A stretch of DNA of 64,000 nucleotides. Origin: Podarcis cretensis. Lineage: Eukaryota. A program made the position numbers and the translations under genes. The stretch is taken from NCBI GenBank assembly GCA_951804945.1, contig OX638149.1:31372001-31436000 (forward strand), read 5' to 3'. The notes beneath the pieces are model-generated. The model was not told the DNA's origin, did not search any database, and saw only the letters and a program-made list of their open reading frames with translations. Below are positions 10,231-23,863 of the stretch, one piece after another (position 1 is the first letter of the stretch; every line of letters begins with the position of its first letter).

Positions 10231-11859
10231 CATCACACTTCTGCTTAAGCTCAAGGCAGCTTACAACAACTTCCAGAGAAGACAAGGGCTATCTATAGTT
10301 GATTTTCAAAGAGTTAAATGCCCTGGGTAACAAGCAGAGAGGGAGGTATCATCAAGCATACAGCTGGCCAGCATGAGCATGTCTTCACTCCAAGTGTCAC
10401 TTGAAAAAAGGGGCTTCTGAAAGCATCTTTTGTCTTCTGATCCAGATGCCAACTTCTTCCCTTTGCTTCTGGGGCTGCTGGTAACAGCCTCTTATTACCC
10501 TTATTTATAGGGTGCCATAAACATTCAGAGCACTTTACAGACACATAAAAGGCAAGATTCCTGCTCTCAGAGGAGATGACAGTGTAACTCAGACATACAA
10601 GATACATGCGGGACAATAATTCAAAGTGATGGGGTTGATGGGGAATACGCTGAATGGAGCCTGTGCATCCAAGTGCTTTGAACAGAAGCATCAATGGAGA
10701 AGAAGAGTGAAATTATCTGCACCCATGAAAAAAATAATAATGCTGGGAACGTTCCCAACAAAAGGGATCTGCATGCCAAAGGATATGAAGTGTAAGAAGG
10801 TGACGAAAGAAATTGGATGGGAGGCCATGGAAGGTCCATCCTGGATGAAAGCACAACCCATTCATCAGAGGGCCATTCAGCAGTTTCCCCCCTTTAAAAT
10901 ACAAGTTGCAAACAGCAGTGCAGCTACATCTTGTGGCATCCATCCTCTGCGCCTGACCTCTTCCAGGGTGCACCTGATCATACTGGAATGGGAAGTGCTG
11001 TGTCTTGCCCCTAGTGCAATGATGGGGTGTTTGGGGATATGACAGCACCTGTGCAATATGGTTGTGGACCACGAGGAAAGTTCATAGGCTTGAGCAGTGA
11101 CCAAAACAGTTTTTAAAATACATAATGTGCCCCCAAATTTTTAATAACAGTCCAATGGCTGAACCACACTAGGCACTTTCAAAAACGTTCTTAACGGAGG
11201 TGAAACCTTTTGTAATACTATGTGGTGATACAGGAGAGAAGGAAAGTTGCTATGTTCAATAATAAGGAACAGGTGCATCTGAAACAAAGGGTTTGCATTG
11301 TATTCTATAGAGCTGAGTTGCCTTGAAACGACAGCCACTAGTAGGCTAAAGCAGTGCTGAGGAACCTAAAAGCAGGAACCAAAAGCAGGACATAGCTCCA
11401 GGTGTCCCACCCAGGGCTGCTCCCTTCTTCCCACCTTGCCTAATATCAATCTTTCACAGGGCAGAGCTATCGCCAGCCCATCAGTGCTGAAGACATTCTC
11501 CGTCGCTGGCATTAACTTGATTAGGGCAGCAAGGAGCAGCTTAAAAGGGAAAGCTCTTCCCCACGGTAGGCATTTGCATGTAGTGATTGATGCCAATGTG
11601 TCCTCTAAACACATCTACATTTTGCAGTTTAAACAAAGCTATTGCAGCAGAACTGCTCTCTGTCAATCAGGGCAACAGACTTCAGTTTGCTCCTGCCTTC
11701 CTTTCTTGAAGGGCGTTTCCCTCACCTCCAAATAAGGAATGGATTAGTAGAATGGCAGGGGTCTTCTGAAAGTGACAAGGCAAAGCAACTTTGTATGATG
11801 TTGTAACACATTTGCTATAGGGAGGATTCTTAAGGATGTGGGGACATCTGCTTTGATAA

Positions 11860-12005
11860 ATCGTAGAACTGTAGAGTTGGGATGGATCCCAAGGGTCCAA
11901 ACCGCTTGCAATTTAGGAATCGCAGCAAAAGAATCTCTGATAGATGACCATCCAGCCTCTGTTTAAAAACCTCCAATGAAGGAAAGTCCACCACCTTCTG
12001 ACATA
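11860..12005 (-). mobile_element. CR1-type LINE 3' fragment
   Basis: tagaactgtagagttgggatggatcccaagggtc...ccatccagcctctgtttaaaaacctcc is the reverse complement of the CR1 3' end. Confidence 0.6.
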
Positions 12006-12189
12006 GTTCATTGTTGTTGCTGCTGTTGTTAATTTATTAATCACCTTCTAAACAACCATCTCAAAGCCATTTACACTAAGAATAATTTAAAGGAGTTGAA
12101 AACACACACACACAAATGCATTTAAAACAAGACTAAAACCACACAAAGTAGACACTCATGGCAAAGACCCATTTGTTCAGCTAGGAAAG

Positions 12190-12640
12190 CCAGTCACAAC
12201 AAAATGTCTTCAATTGCTTCCAGAAAGTGTGGAGAATGGGCATGTGTGGTATCTTGAATATTATTCCACAGAACAGGAGCAGCCACACCAATGCCCTGCT
12301 GGAAATTACTGTGGAGAGGTCTTCTCAGATCTTTGGAACTTGCAAGAGGAGCTCTCCTGGAGACTGCAGCAATCTATTGGATGTATAAGGGCCAAGTGGT
12401 CTCTCAAGTAACCTGGTCTGGAGCTGCGTAGGGCTTTATATTTTAGTGCACACACCTTGAACGTGGCTTGTTAGCAGACTGGCAGCCAGTGCAAATCTCA
12501 CAACAGAGTGTATTATGCTGGCAGTAGTTTTCCCCCAAAGGCAACCTGGTCGCCATATTCTGCTGCAGCTGCAGCCTTTGAGCCAACCCCAAGGCACATG
12601 GAAGAGCAGCCCTCTTAAGACTAAAGGTGCATCTCATGGA
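12190..12640 (-). mobile_element. Old L2 LINE fragment
   Basis: Reverse-complement similarity to the LQ..QN.AARL...ITP....HWLP region of the 33.5-kb L2. Confidence 0.5.
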
Positions 12641-12704
12641 TGCTTATGAAAAAGGAGACAGGATCAGACACAAAAGGCTGCAGAGGTGTTTAACCAGTGC
12701 TTAA

Positions 12705-13241
12705 GCACCCGCCCTGTGGAACGCCCTCCCACCAGATGTCAAAGAGAAGAACAACTACCAGACTTTTAGAAGACATCTGAAGGCAGCCCTGTTTAGGCCC
12801 AGTATACCTGAAGGAGCATCTCCACCCCCATCATTCTGCCTGGACACTGAGGTCCAGCACCAAGGGCCTTCTGGCGGTTCCATCACTACAAGAAGCAAAG
12901 CTACAGGGAACCAGGCAGAGGGCCTTCTCGGTAGTGGCGCCCGCCCTGTGGAACGCCCTCCCACCAGATGTCAAAGAAATAAATAACTACCTGACATTTA
13001 GAAGACATCTGAAGGGAAGTTTTTAATGTGTGACATTTTAATGTATTTTTAATCTTTGTTGGAAGCCACCCAGAGTGGCTGGGGAGACCCAGCCAGATGG
13101 GCGGGGTACAAATAATAAATTATTATCATATTATTATTATTTAACAGACCACTGTATTTTAATACTTTGTTGGAAGCCGCCCAGTGTGGCTGGGGAAATC
13201 CAGCCAGATGGGCAGGGTATAAATAATAAATTATTATTATT
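12705..13241 (+). mobile_element. Two nested young L2 3' fragments
   Basis: Near-identical to 34060-34440 and to the reverse complement of 43518-43833; two (ATT)n tails. Confidence 0.85.
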
Positions 13242-14139
13242 AAGCAGACGTTGCATGTATTGGCTTTCCTCCACACACTCTTTTTTTAATCTCCTTGAAA
13301 TTTTTCAGAAGCTTCCTTTTAAAAAAGGAAGAACAGATTTGATGCTGGCTGTGAAGGGAATCATCTTTGAACTGTAGCCAAAAGCCACGGAGGGCACTTG
13401 TGTGCTGTTTGGTAAATTGTGTGGGACAGAGATGAGGTGAACAGAAAGGTCTCTGTCTTTAAAGAATGGAGAATGCTGACAGGGCTAAGTAATGATAATA
13501 GTAATTTGTATTGCATTATCCACAAAGCAGCACAGTGACAAAGCTCCAATAAAGAATGTGTCATGGCAAGTGACATTCATCATTTGTCCCTGGCGGTCAT
13601 TCTCCTCACACATGACTCTTTGCTGTGAAGCTGGAGTTTAATTTCCCCCAGGTGAAATTCATGGAGGCCTCCAATGGGTCACAGTTCTCTTGAAGCTTGC
13701 TTCTCCTTCCTTCCCTTCACTCCTGCTAAGGTGGTCATGTGTCCTCCTTCACAGAGGACAATCCTCCATTTGAAAGAGTCTTGAAAACCTGAAAGGCTGC
13801 CCAGTCTCAGTCTGGCTTAACAATAATGAATCCCCATAAGGGAGAGGAGGTTGCAGGAGCATGTGGGACGTTTAGTTGAGAGAAAAGGTGATGCTTAGGT
13901 GATGCGATAGAGGTTTGTAACATTATGCATGGCATGAAGAAAGTGGATGGAGAAAATAAATGTTTTCTCCTTCTATCATATCATTTTGTTCAGAAATTAT
14001 ACCAGTGCTATAATGGAAGGGAGAAAATCCACACTCTTTAGCAGAACAGGGAAGAGGGATTCAGCCTGTGCTGGATGGGGGGTAACTTCCCCTAAAGACA
14101 CAGGTTTGCAGTTTGGGTGGTCTCTGCAATGGCCAGGCA

Positions 14140-14905
14140 TGCATTTGCACCATTAAAGCTCATGTGCCAGCTGCGCCTGTTCCTTGTGATGTCTGATTTA
14201 ACCACAGTGGTGCAAGCCTTAGCTACATCCCATTTGGAGTAGAGTAATGCACTCTATGTGGAACTGCCTTTGAAAAGTGCTCAGAAACTTCAACTGGCTC
14301 AGCTGCAGCCAGATGGTTGACCAGGACGGGTTATAGGGAGCATAGGATTCATTTGCTACAACCATCCCACTAGCTACTGGTCAGCTTCTGGTGCTGGATA
14401 TGCCCCATCAAACCCTGTATGGCTTAAGTCCAGCCTATTCTCTCATACAAGGGTTTTGAGATCTTCAAGGGAGGCTCTTCTTTCAGCTTCACCACTCTCA
14501 TGGGCATGCTTGGTAGAGATGTGGGAGAGGGCCTTCTCAGCGGCTGATCCCAGGCTTTGGAACTCCCTCCAGTGGCAGACTTCAGGCTCTCAAATTTCAC
14601 TAGGGAGCACGACCCTAAAACTCCCTCTGCTCCCTCCCCTGGGAAGCTCAACTGGCTCCCTCCTTGTTGTCTTTCTACCAGCAAGTGAAGCCTTTATCCT
14701 TCTAACAGGCTTTTGGGAACTGGCTGCTTTTAATGATGGGCCAGATGCTATGCTGGTTTTTGTTGTTGTTTTTAATAGATCTTTTATATATTTAAAGAGT
14801 TTTAATTCTATTAATGTTTAATTGTTTTAAATGATCCACCCCCACCAAAGTCTTCAGCACTGCTTATTTTATCTGTAAACTGCCTTGAATCCCTGTCAGG
14901 GGAAA
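14140..14905 (+). mobile_element. Older L2 LINE 3' fragment
   Basis: Degraded equivalents of ...NALYVGLPL..QKLQL..AAR.LT and RAFS.A.PRLWNSL, followed by a gggtataaataa-type tail. Confidence 0.65.
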
Positions 14906-15110
14906 AGGTGGGGTATAAATAAACATAACAACAACTGTTGCATGACCCAACTTTAGAACCGGTGGATGAACTGCAAAAATGAAAAATGTTGCTAAGATCA
15001 GGGGCTGCTTCTCATACTATAGTGGAAATCACTATTAACTACTAAGTTAAAGCTTGATGTAACATTTTGGTCATCTATTAATTTGTGCCATTTTGAACAC
15101 CTGAATTATT

Positions 15111-15646
15111 ATTGTTGTTGTTTAGTCGTTTAGTCGTATCCAACTCTTCGTGACCCCATGGACCAGAGCACGCCAAGCACTCCTGTCTTCCACCGCCTCC
15201 CGCAGTTTGGTCAAACTCATGCTGGTAGCTTCGAGAACACTGTCCAACTATCTAGTCCTCTGTCCTCCCTTTCTCCTTGTGCCCTCCATCTTTCCCAACA
15301 TCAGGTTCTTTTCCAGGGAGTCTTCTCTTCTCATGAGGTGGCCAAAGTATTGGAGCCTCAGCTTCACGATCTGTCCTTCCAGTGAGCACTCAGGGCTGAT
15401 TTCCTTAAGAATGGAGAGGTTTGATCTTCTTGCAGTCCATGGGACTCTCAAGAGTCTCCTCCAGCACCATAATTCAAAAGCATCAATTCTTCGGCGATCA
15501 GCCTTCTTTATGGTCCAGCTCTCACTTCCATACATCACTACTGGGAAAACCATAGCTTTAACTATACAGACCTTTGTTGGCAAGGTGATGTCTCTGCTTT
15601 TTAAGATGCTGTCTAGGTTTGTCATTACTTTTCTCCCAAGAAGCAG
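15111..15646 (-). mobile_element. BovB (RTE clade) LINE, 5'-truncated
   Basis: ORF 15248-15625 MTNLDSILKSRDITLPTKVCIVKAMVFPVVMYGSESWTIKKA..RIDAFELWCWRRLLRVPWTARRSN is the BovB RT C-terminus; (CAA)n tail. Confidence 0.93.
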
Positions 15647-18284
15647 GGCGGGCAGGGCGGGTTATAACAATTTATTTTTTAAAAAAACACACACACAAAA
15701 ACACATATTGCACTCACAAGGATAGAGTGGATACTGAAAACACACAGATGTCAAAGGCCAAGGAATGTGTGTCTTCCACATTTGCTGAAAGCTGTATAGA
15801 AGTCGGATGCCCCTGTGTGGGGATGGAATTCTACTATTCCATGATTCCCTAGATAACTGCATGTGGCTGTGACCTGGTAGAGCAAAGTAACAGGGGAAAC
15901 CATCTTGGAAAGTTGAGTTGCTGCTGAAGGCTCCTTCTCCACCGCTCCCCACAGCCTTACCCCACAGCCTTACAAAATGCTTGTGTGCCCCCACCAACCT
16001 TTGCTTTCATTCAAGCCTTTCTTAGTTGCAACCTGCTGGTTATGAGCAACTATCTCATTTCTCAATTATCTCCAGGAGGGAAGCCAACCTCCTTCTTGAA
16101 GGGCAACCAGACAAGGTTGTTCATCCTGCGTAGCTGCTTCCTGAAGTCAGCCCATCCGGTCTGGCCCAGCCTGGCTATATCTTGTCAGAATCTCTTTGAT
16201 CCATACAAATCGCCGAGGCTGCTTCTCTTCCACTTCTTTGTCACCTGTGAAAACAATATTCCAAATCTGCCCGATAATCTTTTACCACCAAGGACACCAT
16301 GGCTTCAGCGAGCGAAGGAGGCCCTGACTAATGAATGGCCCAGTTAGTTGGCTGGGAGACAAGCCACAAGTGTTCTGAGATGCATTTCTTTCCCCATATT
16401 ATTTTATTTATCTCACAGGCCAGTGAAACATTTTAATGCGAAATCCAAACATCCCTAGGGGACCTACCTGCCATGAAAAGTCTCCCAGATTCTCAGACTT
16501 TTAAAAATAAACTCAATCAATATTAATTTACTTCACTTGTTCATAAATTAGACACAGATCTTTGGCGACTCAAAGCATATTTTCGCCTGGGACAAAGCAT
16601 ATATTTAAAGGCCAATAAAGGCTTCTGTTTTTTATTTTTAAGAGTCCTCTTAGTACAAAGATGACAGGCTATGAGAACACACAAGCAGTTTCTGTTAAAA
16701 TATTCTGGCCCCGAATCACAAATCAATATATTTATGTTATCGTGAGTGAAGATGGACCACCTCAAACAGACAAATGATGTCAGCTTTGACACCTAGGACA
16801 AAAACTCCTGCGGTAAAAGGATGGAGTGTTGTCATGCATTGTTTGCCACATGCACCAGGAGGCAGGAGATGGTTTGCTCCACCCTCTTAAAAACTCTCTG
16901 CCCCTAAAGTACGGCTGTCACTGGACTTGATATGTGGAGAACCTTTTCCAGCTTCAGGGTCACAGTCATTTCTATGCAACCTTCTTGGGGTCGCATACCA
17001 GTGTTGGGCATAAGTGGGTAGAGGAATGATGAATGCAATTTTTTCCTTTGTACGGTAGACTAGCAGCTACGCATGTGCTCACACACCCATCTTTCCTCTA
17101 TGCAGGCAAGCAATACGCTTGTTAGACTTCTAGGACACATCCTGTCCAGTCAGAGGCTCTCAGGGATGGTGCAAAGCAGGACAGCCGAGGGATGTGGCAT
17201 GGAGAGAGGCTTGTGATCTGTGGTGGGATGTGCTCAGAAAGCAGGAAGAGCTCCACTCTTTCCCAGAATTAGAATGTCCCTTTGCCTCTGCTTGCTTCCA
17301 ATAGGCTGCGTGCCACCCTGATATTTTGTCCGTCTCAGTACTGAGAAGTGTGCTTCCTCCTCCTCCTCTTCTTTTCTGCCTTGACCTTTCCAAGGTGCCC
17401 TCCACCAGCCCCTTCCAGCCTTCTCTTCTTCGCTGTGGGAAGTGCTGCTTTTCATACTCACAGGGTCACTCACCAACCCACTGAAAGAGTCTGCTTATGT
17501 TGGGAATATGCAGGTGGAAGCTATTGATTTCTCCATCCATTACTTATCACGTGAATTAATGCATGGAAGTGTTTCTTCTTCTCTCTTGCCCCACATTCCT
17601 GAGGATGCTTTTATTGTGTTCATGTAGACGGCCGTAGCTTGTTCGAAATCGTTTGCTTGTGTGTCACCAAGCAGAGAAGAAGCCCTTGAAAGAGTCTTCA
17701 ATTACGAGCCGATTCTCTGTCTGGGACTGCAGGGTCATCACCAGTTTATATACTTTCCGATTAGCACCCATCTCTCTCTTTCTTGTTATGTCTGCGTTAG
17801 GTATCTTCTAAAACCTTTTCTTGTGCTCCATACTCCCGGTAGGTGGTCCACAGCTGCTTTGAAGCAAAGACTTAAGGGGGGGGGGAGATGAAAATGTGGA
17901 AAGCCATATATAAAAGCAGAGCATATTTTTCAATGCGCTCGTACATTTCCCCTGCCACTGTGACAGTTCTGACAGCATACATTACACACAGCAATTCCAT
18001 CTCCTGACATCGTAGTAGTCAGCCCTCCATCCTCCTTGAGAAGCGTCTGGGATGAGCTACGCTCTGTGTAATTGCTCAAAGAACGGCTGCAGGACCTCTG
18101 AAGCTTGCCAGATGTCACTGACTGAACCCAAGCCCGGAAGAGTAATCTCAAGCCACAGACCACCATAGGCGTCGGGGGGGGGGGGGGAGCCTTAAATTAA
18201 ACATTGACATTTGCCAGTCTTAAGGGCCTATGTTGACACTTGTATAGGTTTTTAAATCCTTGAAAAACCTACTTGTCGAGTGCC

Positions 18285-18723
18285 TAGGGATCTGTCACTT
18301 TCTGTTTCGCCCAGTTTCTCATTTGTCTCATATTAAACTCAGTTCTCCACATTTCCATACCATTTTGTGACTTTTTAAAAATCAGTCGTCATGAAGCTTC
18401 GTTAGCACTTTAGTGTAAATTCATCCAGTACAGATTTCCCCCAATACACTTTTTTTTGCCTAATTTTGTCTCGTATACACCTTTTGCAAAGCACTTTCCC
18501 TGATATAATGCAATTCTATATGCCGTTGTCACTAATGTATTCATTTATACAAACCTTTTACCCCAATGTATGCATTTTTGCACACATTACTTGACTGGGG
18601 AGTTGCATTACAAAATTCAGAATTTCAAAGGATGGCTGTGTTTCAGTGTATTGTTTTGGAAAGTTCAAATTAGGTAAATTTACCTTTACATGTGAAGTCA
18701 ATTGAGTTTCTCCCCTATCCCTG
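18285..18723 (-). mobile_element. Family H hAT-like element
   Basis: TAGGGAT... / ...ATCCCT ends (Ac-like); reverse complement of the 59359 copy. Confidence 0.6.
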
Positions 18724-18919
18724 AGATAGCTATAGTGTGAATAAATTTTCTAATCAGGATTGCCCAAGGCAAACACAGATTTGGATTTAGTCTCCCTAGA
18801 ATCACTACTGTACTGTCCATACAGCAGAGCCCTTACTTAAGCACAAAGGAATTCTTTATCCAGGGTGCAATAATCAGGGAGGACAGGGAATGTAGAATCA
18901 TACTTGGAAGGCAAGCAAC

Positions 18920-19235
18920 ATGGGAAGCTACCTGTTACCCAAGTAACATCATTGGTCCATCTATTTCACCACTGTCTACACTAGGGACAGGGAAACTGTG
19001 ACTTTCCAGATCTTGTAGGACAGCAACGTCCAACAGCCCCAGTCAACATGGCCAATGGTTAGGGGTGATGGGAACTGAAGCCCACCAACATCCAAAGGGC
19101 CACAGTTTCCCCACCCCAGTCAACACTGGTCAGCAGCAGCAGGCCTCTGGGGTCTTCCCCAGCCTTGAGTGAAGATGCTCAGGATTAAACCTGGAAGCTT
19201 TATGTGCAAATCATGTGCTCTGCCCCTGAGCAGTG
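18920..19235 (-). mobile_element. tRNA-Ala-derived SINE interrupted by a palindromic hAT MITE (18982-19118)
   Basis: 8-bp TSD gtctacac/gtcaacac; SINE head at about 19170-19235 on the minus strand. Confidence 0.7.
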
Positions 19236-19436
19236 GCCCTCCCTTTTAGAGGAGCTCTACCAAATCTCTTTACGTTGCACTTCCTACTCCCATCAGGCAT
19301 GATCTTTCCCTTGCCACCATTTCAAGATGAAAAGGAGAAAAGGCACCAATGCAGAAACAGGGGGAAATCTCAAGGTGCACAAATTAATGGTATGTTACAT
19401 GGGTGCAGAATGTTTTTTATACATATGGTGGGCCAT

Positions 19437-19941
19437 TGTCAGAGACCGTGCTGAGAAGGGCTGCACTGAGGAGGAATGGTGGGAGCCACCCCCCTCCCCC
19501 TGCTCCTGAATCTTCCCAGGAGCAGGAGGACAATATAGATTCAGAACAGTGGTTTGCAGAGGGGCATAGTTCAGAAGGCAGAAGCTGGGAAATGCTGGAT
19601 GGGGAATAGCTAGGAGAAGAAACACTGGAAGAGAGAGGGTTAACTGATTCATAGTCTCTGGACACCATTCCTCCGCTCAACTCAAGGTCGAGAAGACCTC
19701 AGAAAGTCTCAGGACAGAAAGCACAGAGGGTACAAGCTCAGATTATAAGACATAGGAGTGACATAGATTAATAGGGATGGAGGAGGTGTGAGCCTTAACT
19801 GGGAGCACCGCCATTCTGGGTTGGCACTTTCTTTTGTCCTTCGCTGTGCTTTTTAAAGAAACTAACTGGTAAGAATTCCTTTTGTATGATCTGCTCATTT
19901 ACGGCCACAGGGGAGAAAGACGATTCCCCGAAGCCTAACCA
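19437..19941 (+). mobile_element. Solo LTR (Gypsy-like), copy 2
   Basis: TGTCAG...CCTAACCA ends with near-match flanks ccat/ccac; collinear with the 8956 copy. Confidence 0.6.
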
Positions 19942-20567
19942 CCACTAACCCAGGGGAAAGTCAACTGGGGGTACAGCCAATGGTGGGCAGAACTCCCTCT
20001 ATCTGCCACCGCTTCCCTCCTGGCTCCTCTCCTTCTCCACCTCTTTTCACATTCACTCTTTTTGCTACCCCTTCTCTTCCCACTCTCAGTTAGAGCTCAG
20101 GCCACCAGGCAGGCCCAAACAGATACCTCCTGCCTCTGTGCTTCTCTTGGGGCTTGGGTTCAGGCAGCTGAGGCACCTGCTGCCCAGCAGGTACAGAGGC
20201 AGAGGAAGGGCTGGTTGCCCTCTGCCACTGCCTCTGCTCCTCACTTCTCAGGTGGTGGTGCAGGCAGGAAGGGTACCTGTGACCGAATCAAAGCAGCGGC
20301 TGCGGCTTCCCATAAGATCTCTTGAGAGCTCCAGGAGATCTTAATGGAACACAGAATCTGCTGCCACAGCCACTTCTCCAGCAATGGCAGCAGCAGGCAA
20401 TCCATTGGGAGAGGGATCTGCGGCCCCCATGGATCTTGCCGCTGAAGCAGGCAGCTTCATATTGCCTCATTTAAAAGCCAGCCCTGTATGTGGTTTATTT
20501 CCATCTTGTTACTCCCAAAATCTCAGGTACAGGACCTGAGAATTCTAATGAAGTCAGGGAATAAATA

Positions 20568-20595
20568 GTGTGTGTGTGTGTGTGTGTGTGTGTGT
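20568..20595. repeat. (TG)n microsatellite
   Basis: Seen directly; similar tracts at 6675, 27195, 41538 and 62996. Confidence 0.95.
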
Positions 20596-22210
20596 TGTGT
20601 TAGCCCTCGTTACATCTTGTTCTCAGCCAGCTTACTCACTGTGTAATGTTCAGGGAACATAGAGATGACATTTTAATTTCAAAATTATTTCCTGGGTATT
20701 GTTTTTTGCTGTTGTTAAAATGGCCAGACCCTCCCTAGAATATCTGACAAGGAAGTGGCTTCTGTGCATGTTATTATATTTGGGTTAATGTGTGTGCCTT
20801 TAATAATGTAAATGGTAATAAACATTATTTGCAGGATCGACTGACTTCAATATTAAAATTGAAGTGAATTTACAACTCTGAAAATGGAATTGTTGGAGAT
20901 GATATAATCTGGCTTTAGATCATTTTCTGTCCAAAAATAACATTCTTCACCCCGGTAAGATTATTCATAACCTGCGTATTGCACTCGATTTAATTGACAG
21001 GCTGCGTAAATTACCCCCCTCATCTCCCCATGAAAACAACATTTATGTGATTTGTTTTTTTTAACTCAGCTGTTAAATACAGGCTTTAGTTTCTATCAGT
21101 TGCCGCCAGTTTAGCTAAAGTGGTTTTCCTCTAGCTTTGCTCTTTCTTATCTGATCGTTGCTCTCCCTTTATTGCTTCTGCATTGGAGACACATTTGTGT
21201 TACGATAAAGCTGCTGAAATCCAACGACTACTCATTGAAGAAAGGGCCATCAACAAATCCTTGGTTTTTGGCACAGAAAAATTTTGAGCTGGAGGAACTT
21301 TTCTCATTTGAAGAAGAAAAACTTTAAAAACGACAGCAACAGAAAGGTATTTTGCTTCTAGATACACTAGGTTTATGTTCCGAAAAGTGGTGCCTCTAGA
21401 ATATTTTAATTTGTTCCCCTTACTAACGTTAAAGAGGTATTTATTTATTTTATATACAGCCCTATACCCTGAAGTCTCAGGGCAGTTCACAGAATAAGAT
21501 GAGATCCCATTCATCAGTCTTAGTAAGGCTGCAACTAAAACCCACTAGCCTCACTGAAATCAATAAGATTTACTTCAGAGTAGACATTTATAGGATTGTC
21601 CTGTAAAGGGCAAAAATGGGTACTGGTTAATTTTGCCTACACTTACATTGCTTCTGAAGGAAACTCATTAATAAATCCTTTGCAACCATGAGCTGTATGT
21701 GTACAATATGTGCAGAGCATGACAGCATAACTTAACTAAATATTGCCCTTGGGGGTTTTGTGTATCATATACACAAACCATTTCTACCTGACACCATGGG
21801 AGAGTCTTGTGAAGCTTAAAGTTGATGGTACGATTTATGTTGCAGGGGGTGGTTAGAACTAAAACTAACTGGATAGTTCAGATTTTGGGGAAATATAGTG
21901 GATTCTTCCTGCTGATTTGAGTGGAAGTTCTACTATGAGATATTATCTGTGTGGACCTAACCCTCCAGATCTGATTTTGAAGGTGCACAGGGACCTTGTG
22001 AGGAAGAAGCAGGTTTGTCATGTGCCCCTGCCCCATATTTTCCCCATAGTTCTCTGTTTGTGCCTTTAATTGTAAGTGCGGTGTAATATGAAGCTTACAT
22101 GTAGGGGTGACTTAATATCACTTTTTCATTAGCTGGTTTCTGTTTTTACTAGGGCCTGTGCCCCTACTTGCTTCACTTGTCAACTCCACCAATCTCCATA
22201 CCCCAGATGC

Positions 22211-22344
22211 TTAGATCATGGTGCTGACAATGCCAAGGTTGCAGGTTCGATCCCCATATGGGGCAGCTGCATATTTCTGCATTGCAGGGGGTTGGACTAG
22301 ATGATCCTTAGGAACCCTTCCAACTCTACAATTCTATGATTCTA
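22211..22344 (+). mobile_element. SINE with tRNA-Ile-derived head and CR1 3' tail
   Basis: ttagatcatggtgctgacaatgccaaggttgcaggttcgatccccatatgggg resembles tRNA-Ile(AAT); tail is nearly identical to that of the 1081 SINE. Confidence 0.75.
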
Positions 22345-23863
22345 ACTCCTTGCCTCTTTATTTAGACTTCACGTAAAAAGAAATCAGACCTCACCACACC
22401 TCTGCAGCTTGTCTTGAGCCACCTGCCTGCATCTGTGTCCTCTGGACCCCTCTTCCTCACTTCACCTGGGTTGCCCACCTGCCCACATCTCCCTCCTCCA
22501 GTTCCTTCCTCCTCACATCTCCTGGGCTTGTACCTCCATTATCCAGATCTGTCCACTCCTCTCCTGGACCACAGACATCAACTGGATCCAGTTCTCCCTG
22601 GTTTATGGTCTGTGAGTAATCAGAGAGAAGGTAAACCACATAGGTTTTTGTGCTAGCCAAAACACAAGAGAGGCACTCTCTTTTTTTATTTGTGCGCATT
22701 TTTTTCTGTTCGTCAGGAGTTCTGGAGCATGTTGCAACTGGCATCCATTGTGGTTCGTGCAGGTTTAGTTGCACTATGGCTAGCAGCTGTAAAGGCTTGC
22801 ATCAGCCCTGACTGTTGTGGACCTATTGACACCATAGAGTTGTAAGATGGGGAGTGCAGAATATAATGCCCTTTTATCATTGTAAAAGGTGGACTCCTGA
22901 TGTGGTTTCTACAACCAGAAAGCGATGGATTTCCCCCCAAGGTTTAGCTATTGATTAAAGCATTCAATACATTTCAAGTTTTACAAAAAAAAATATCTGC
23001 AACGTGGCTAATGATATTTACATCAAATACAATTTAAATCAAATATATACACTGCAAGTACCGAAAACATTTAACCCCCTGAAGCTGCCTTCAAATCAGA
23101 TGTCATGCCAAGCCATGAGCCTGCCAGAACTTTGTAGTCTTGACCAGTTGCCAAAAAGTCACAAGAACTGAAGTGTACCTTTCTGGGGAGGGGCTATGCA
23201 AGGTTTGTTCTGCCACCAAAAAAGGTATCTGGGATCTACATGCTTTGGAGCAGAGATGGGGAACCTGCAGCCCTACAGATGCTGTTGAGTTACACACACA
23301 CACCCTCATTCCCAGCCATTGGCCATGCTAGATTTCTGTTGCAGGTTTAGTTAAAAGTGGCTGTACGTAGGGTGGAGTGGACCTGCAGAGCCCTGCTCCT
23401 TGCTGCTGCTTAATTGGATGGGTCTGGGGCAGAGCAGAGCAGTGGCAAAGTTGAAAGCATGTGAATGCACCTGCAAAAGTGTCGGGTTGGCAGCAACAGC
23501 CTCACAGGTGCAACCATGTGGCTCAGGCATTGCTCCCATTCTGCCCTGTGTAGGTAAGCAACCATGGCCCAGGTATCAAGGAGTAGCTCTGTTCTACCGT
23601 ACAAGCTGCTACTGAATTTAATGATTCTGTCACTGTTGAGATTAATTGTAAATATTGACCCAGGCCACATTCACACCACATGCTTAAAGCTCCAGGACAC
23701 CACTTTGAACGATCATGGCTTCTCCTAAAGAATTATGGGAGCTGTGGTTTGCTAAGGGTGCTGAGAGTTGTTAGAAAATCCCCATTCCCCTCCCAGAGCT
23801 ACAATTCCCAGAGTGGTTTAACAATTAATCTTACTTCCCAGGGAACTCTGGGGACAAATGACA

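Noticed and set aside
10314-11104. Cluster of overlapping 75-138 aa ORFs
   Set aside because: No recognisable domain, no consistent splice signals, and open on both strands as expected by chance.
15150-15725. 191-aa plus-strand ORF
   Set aside because: It is the antisense frame of the BovB fragment.
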